A stretch of DNA of 64,000 nucleotides from Alloascoidea hylecoeti. Taxonomy: Eukaryota. The first letter of the stretch is position 1, and each line of letters begins with the position of its first letter. The stretch covers positions 1,026,137-1,090,136 of the forward strand of contig BCKZ01000006.1 in NCBI GenBank assembly GCA_001600815.1. Reading direction: 5' to 3'. This document shows positions 61,281 through 64,000 of the stretch, piece after piece. The notes under the pieces were generated by a model that searched no databases, was not told where the DNA came from, and was given only the letters and a program-made list of their open reading frames with translations. A program made the translations under genes and the position numbers.

Positions 61281-62957
61281 ATGACGGATAAACCAAACAA
61301 TACAAGCCATAATTATGGTGGAACGAAGGGATCGATATCAGATCATGACATTTCTGAAGTAGAAAAGAATATAGGCATCGAAATTCGAAGGACGATTTCT
61401 GATGACACTGCTGAAACGAGTGTTTTCAATGAAGATAAGGTAAGGTTATCAAAAGGACTACATCAGCGACATATTCAGATGATTGCATTGGTCGGTGTGT
61501 TTGGTACTGGTTTATTTGTATCTTCCGGTGGTACGTTGGCAAAAACTGGGCCAGTTGGTATGCTTTTATCATTTGTTGTAATTGCCATTATTGTTTCTCT
61601 CAACCAAATCAGTATTGCAGAAACAGCAGCACTGATGCCCGTGACTGGTGCTACTGTTAGACATTCTGAATTTTTCTTGGATCCTGCTCTAGGATTTGCT
61701 TATGGATATCTAAGTGTTTATGGTGCTATTATTCCGACAGAAATTACAGTGGTTCCCGTTCTTATTTCATATTGGTCTGATATTAGTCCTGCAGTTTGGA
61801 TCACAGTTGCCGCTATACCAATTGTTGCTAGCAATTGTATTAGTGTTAGATTTTATGGAGAGATCGAATTTGTATTTGCATTACTTAAAATATCTCTGAT
61901 TGTTGGGCTCATTATTGGTGGTCTTTGCATCGATTTAGGTGGTGTCAAGGGACAAGAGAGATTAGGATTCCATTATTGGAGAGACCCCGGTCCTTTCGCA
62001 GAGTATATAAAAACTGGATCGTTGGGAAAATTCTTAGGCTTCTGGTCTGTATTGACTTCAACTGTGTATTCTTTTGGTGGTGTTCAATCAATTGCTCTAT
62101 TAGCAGGAGAAACTTCTAACCCAAGATATAACATTCCCCTTGCAGCTAAAAGAATTATATTCAGGGTTGTCGCACTTTATCTCTTGACTGTTTTTATTTT
62201 GACTCTCATTGTCCCATATAACGATAAAAATATTGCAACCGGAACAGGAAATGCCTCATCTTCTCCTTTTGTTATCGCTTTCCAGAGAGCAGGAGTTAAT
62301 GCGATCCCCAGTATTATTAATGCGGTTGTGTTGACTTCAGCCTGGTCTGCTGCCAATCTTTCATTACTTATGGGTTCTCGAAATTTGTTCTCCTTAGCCG
62401 CAAAAGGAATGGCTCCTAAGATTTTTCTAAGAACAAATAAATTTGGGTTACCTTACGTTGGTGTTATATTCTCAGCAATTTTTATTCCATTAGCATATAT
62501 GTCAGTCTCTTCAAAGTCGGCTAATGTATTTAATTGGTTTCAAAATATGACATCCTCACTACTATTGGTAGGGTGGATGTTGATTTCAGCAAACCATGTT
62601 GCGTTACACAGAGCTTTAAGAGCCCAGGGCTACACTAAGGAGGATCTACCTTTCAATTTTAGACTGGGTTCTTTGCCTGGATGGATTTCAGGTATCGCTT
62701 CTTTCCTTATTTTTATTACGGCTGGATTTAAAGTGTTTATTCACGGATTTTGGAATTTTGAAACATTCTTTTCATCCTACTTCACTCTTGTACTATTGGT
62801 GGTTTTATATATAGGCTGGAAGCTTTTTAAGAAGACTAAATTTGTGCGTTCATCTGATGTTGATTTGAAAACATTATTCGAGGATGTTGAAAAGAATCCG
62901 CCTGTCTTTCCTCCTCCGATGAAGAAATGGCAGTATTTTAGTTTATTATGGTCATAA
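61281..62957 (+). CDS. Amino-acid permease, APC/YAT family (Put4/Dip5/Agp2-like subgroup), 558 aa
   Basis: LHQRHIQMIALVGVFGTGLF, DPALGFA, VRFYGEIEF, LGFHYWRDPGPF, AGETSNPR, SSPFVIA and INAVVLTSAWSA, with about 12 hydrophobic segments. Confidence 0.95.
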   Translation: MTDKPNNTSHNYGGTKGSISDHDISEVEKNIGIEIRRTISDDTAETSVFNEDKVRLSKGLHQRHIQMIALVGVFGTGLFVSSGGTLAKTGPVGMLLSFVVIAIIVSLNQISIAETAALMPVTGATVRHSEFFLDPALGFAYGYLSVYGAIIPTEITVVPVLISYWSDISPAVWITVAAIPIVASNCISVRFYGEIEFVFALLKISLIVGLIIGGLCIDLGGVKGQERLGFHYWRDPGPFAEYIKTGSLGKFLGFWSVLTSTVYSFGGVQSIALLAGETSNPRYNIPLAAKRIIFRVVALYLLTVFILTLIVPYNDKNIATGTGNASSSPFVIAFQRAGVNAIPSIINAVVLTSAWSAANLSLLMGSRNLFSLAAKGMAPKIFLRTNKFGLPYVGVIFSAIFIPLAYMSVSSKSANVFNWFQNMTSSLLLVGWMLISANHVALHRALRAQGYTKEDLPFNFRLGSLPGWISGIASFLIFITAGFKVFIHGFWNFETFFSSYFTLVLLVVLYIGWKLFKKTKFVRSSDVDLKTLFEDVEKNPPVFPPPMKKWQYFSLLWS

Positions 62958-64000
62958 ACCTGTTTTAATAATAAAATGATATAATGCTGAATATTTAGTA
63001 CTAATGTACCTTTACCATATATCCCTATACCTGCACTTCAGTTACTAAATATTGCGATCGATTAATGTTGAAGTCAAGCCTGTAGTATATGAAAATAGTG
63101 GTTCTGGAATATTACAGGATACATAGTTAATAAATACCGGTAAATGAATAAATAATGAAATACTATATAATATTATTGACCAGCTATTTACCTAAAGAAA
63201 CTATAGCATCCTTACTCGAAAGGTAAAATTTTTAATAAAAATAATGTATTAGTTAAGTATTCATAGTATAAAAAGATAGATAGAATAATAAATAAAACCT
63301 GTATATGTAATAAGACTAATACTAATAATGAATAAAGAAAAAACGAAGAAAAAAGAAGTGGAGATTTTGTCAACTAATAAAATTGATTGCGTGATTTAGG
63401 CTATCTATTGTAAAAATATTATTTAATTTTTACGGGAGAACTATAACTGAATGACTGAGAAGTTAGAATTATGTTGCAATTGCTATACTCCACTCTTATA
63501 TGTATACTTTAAAAGAAGCTATTTAATTAATAGTCTACCTAACTATAAAATATAGACCCTGTATCTATACCCATATAAATGATCTTAGTAGATCTAAAAA
63601 TATATTAATATTTATTCTTCTTAGAATTCTAATTATAATGGTTTCTTTTTATCCCTGATGATCAGTATCCCAGATAAAATAATAGGAATTTTTATTAATA
63701 TTAGAGACAGGAGATATTCAGGTGTGATTTTGTACTCACAATGTCTCCCATCGATAATATAGCTAGAACAGAGACTAATTAGTAAGTAGTAAGTAGCCAC
63801 TAGTCAGTGATCAGTAGTCACCCATGTCAATGATTCCGTTGTTGGTGTTTTTTTCAATTTCGATGGTACGGCTGGAAAAATTAAGGGTACGATTCCCTTA
63901 TGCATAATTTCAAAACTATGAAAAGTTTAAACCCTGCATTTAGTATACACGTAAAAAAGTAATATGATCATAATATAATTATATTTTAATCACCAGATTC

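Overview
AT-rich nuclear DNA from an ascomycete yeast, most likely an early-branching Saccharomycotina lineage. This is an inference from short 67-96 nt spliceosomal introns with GTGAGT/GTAAGT/GTACGT/GTATGC/GTAATT donors, CTG codons at conserved Leu positions, and a filamentous-fungus-like KDM4 architecture. Recognisable intact genes: a P4-ATPase flippase (DNF1/DNF2 type, 1 intron) divergent from carnitine acetyltransferase CAT2, MRS6, TSR4, an Afi1/MesA-family gene (2 introns), a JmjN/JmjC/PHD demethylase (RPH1/KDM4 type, 2 introns), midasin MDN1, a peroxisomal 4CL-like acyl-CoA ligase and an amino-acid permease. There is also an unidentified 678-aa disordered protein and the 3' end of a YNL134C-like reductase next to a single N. 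Unusual elements: (i) sharp GC-rich islands at two promoters that flip codon composition within single genes, one carrying a dense CACGTG cluster; (ii) an intact pogo/CENP-B-type DNA-binding ORF that stops where the transposase catalytic domain should begin, preceded by a Pol III A/B-box pair; (iii) a decayed island at 25-27.8 kb with two F-box(/WD40) relics around a possible ZNFX1-like relic; (iv) a shared AATTGCAGT leader motif before several start codons and candidate 5'-UTR introns; (v) an isolated 18-nt match to a conserved LSU rRNA segment. No CRISPR array, tRNA or rRNA gene could be supported.
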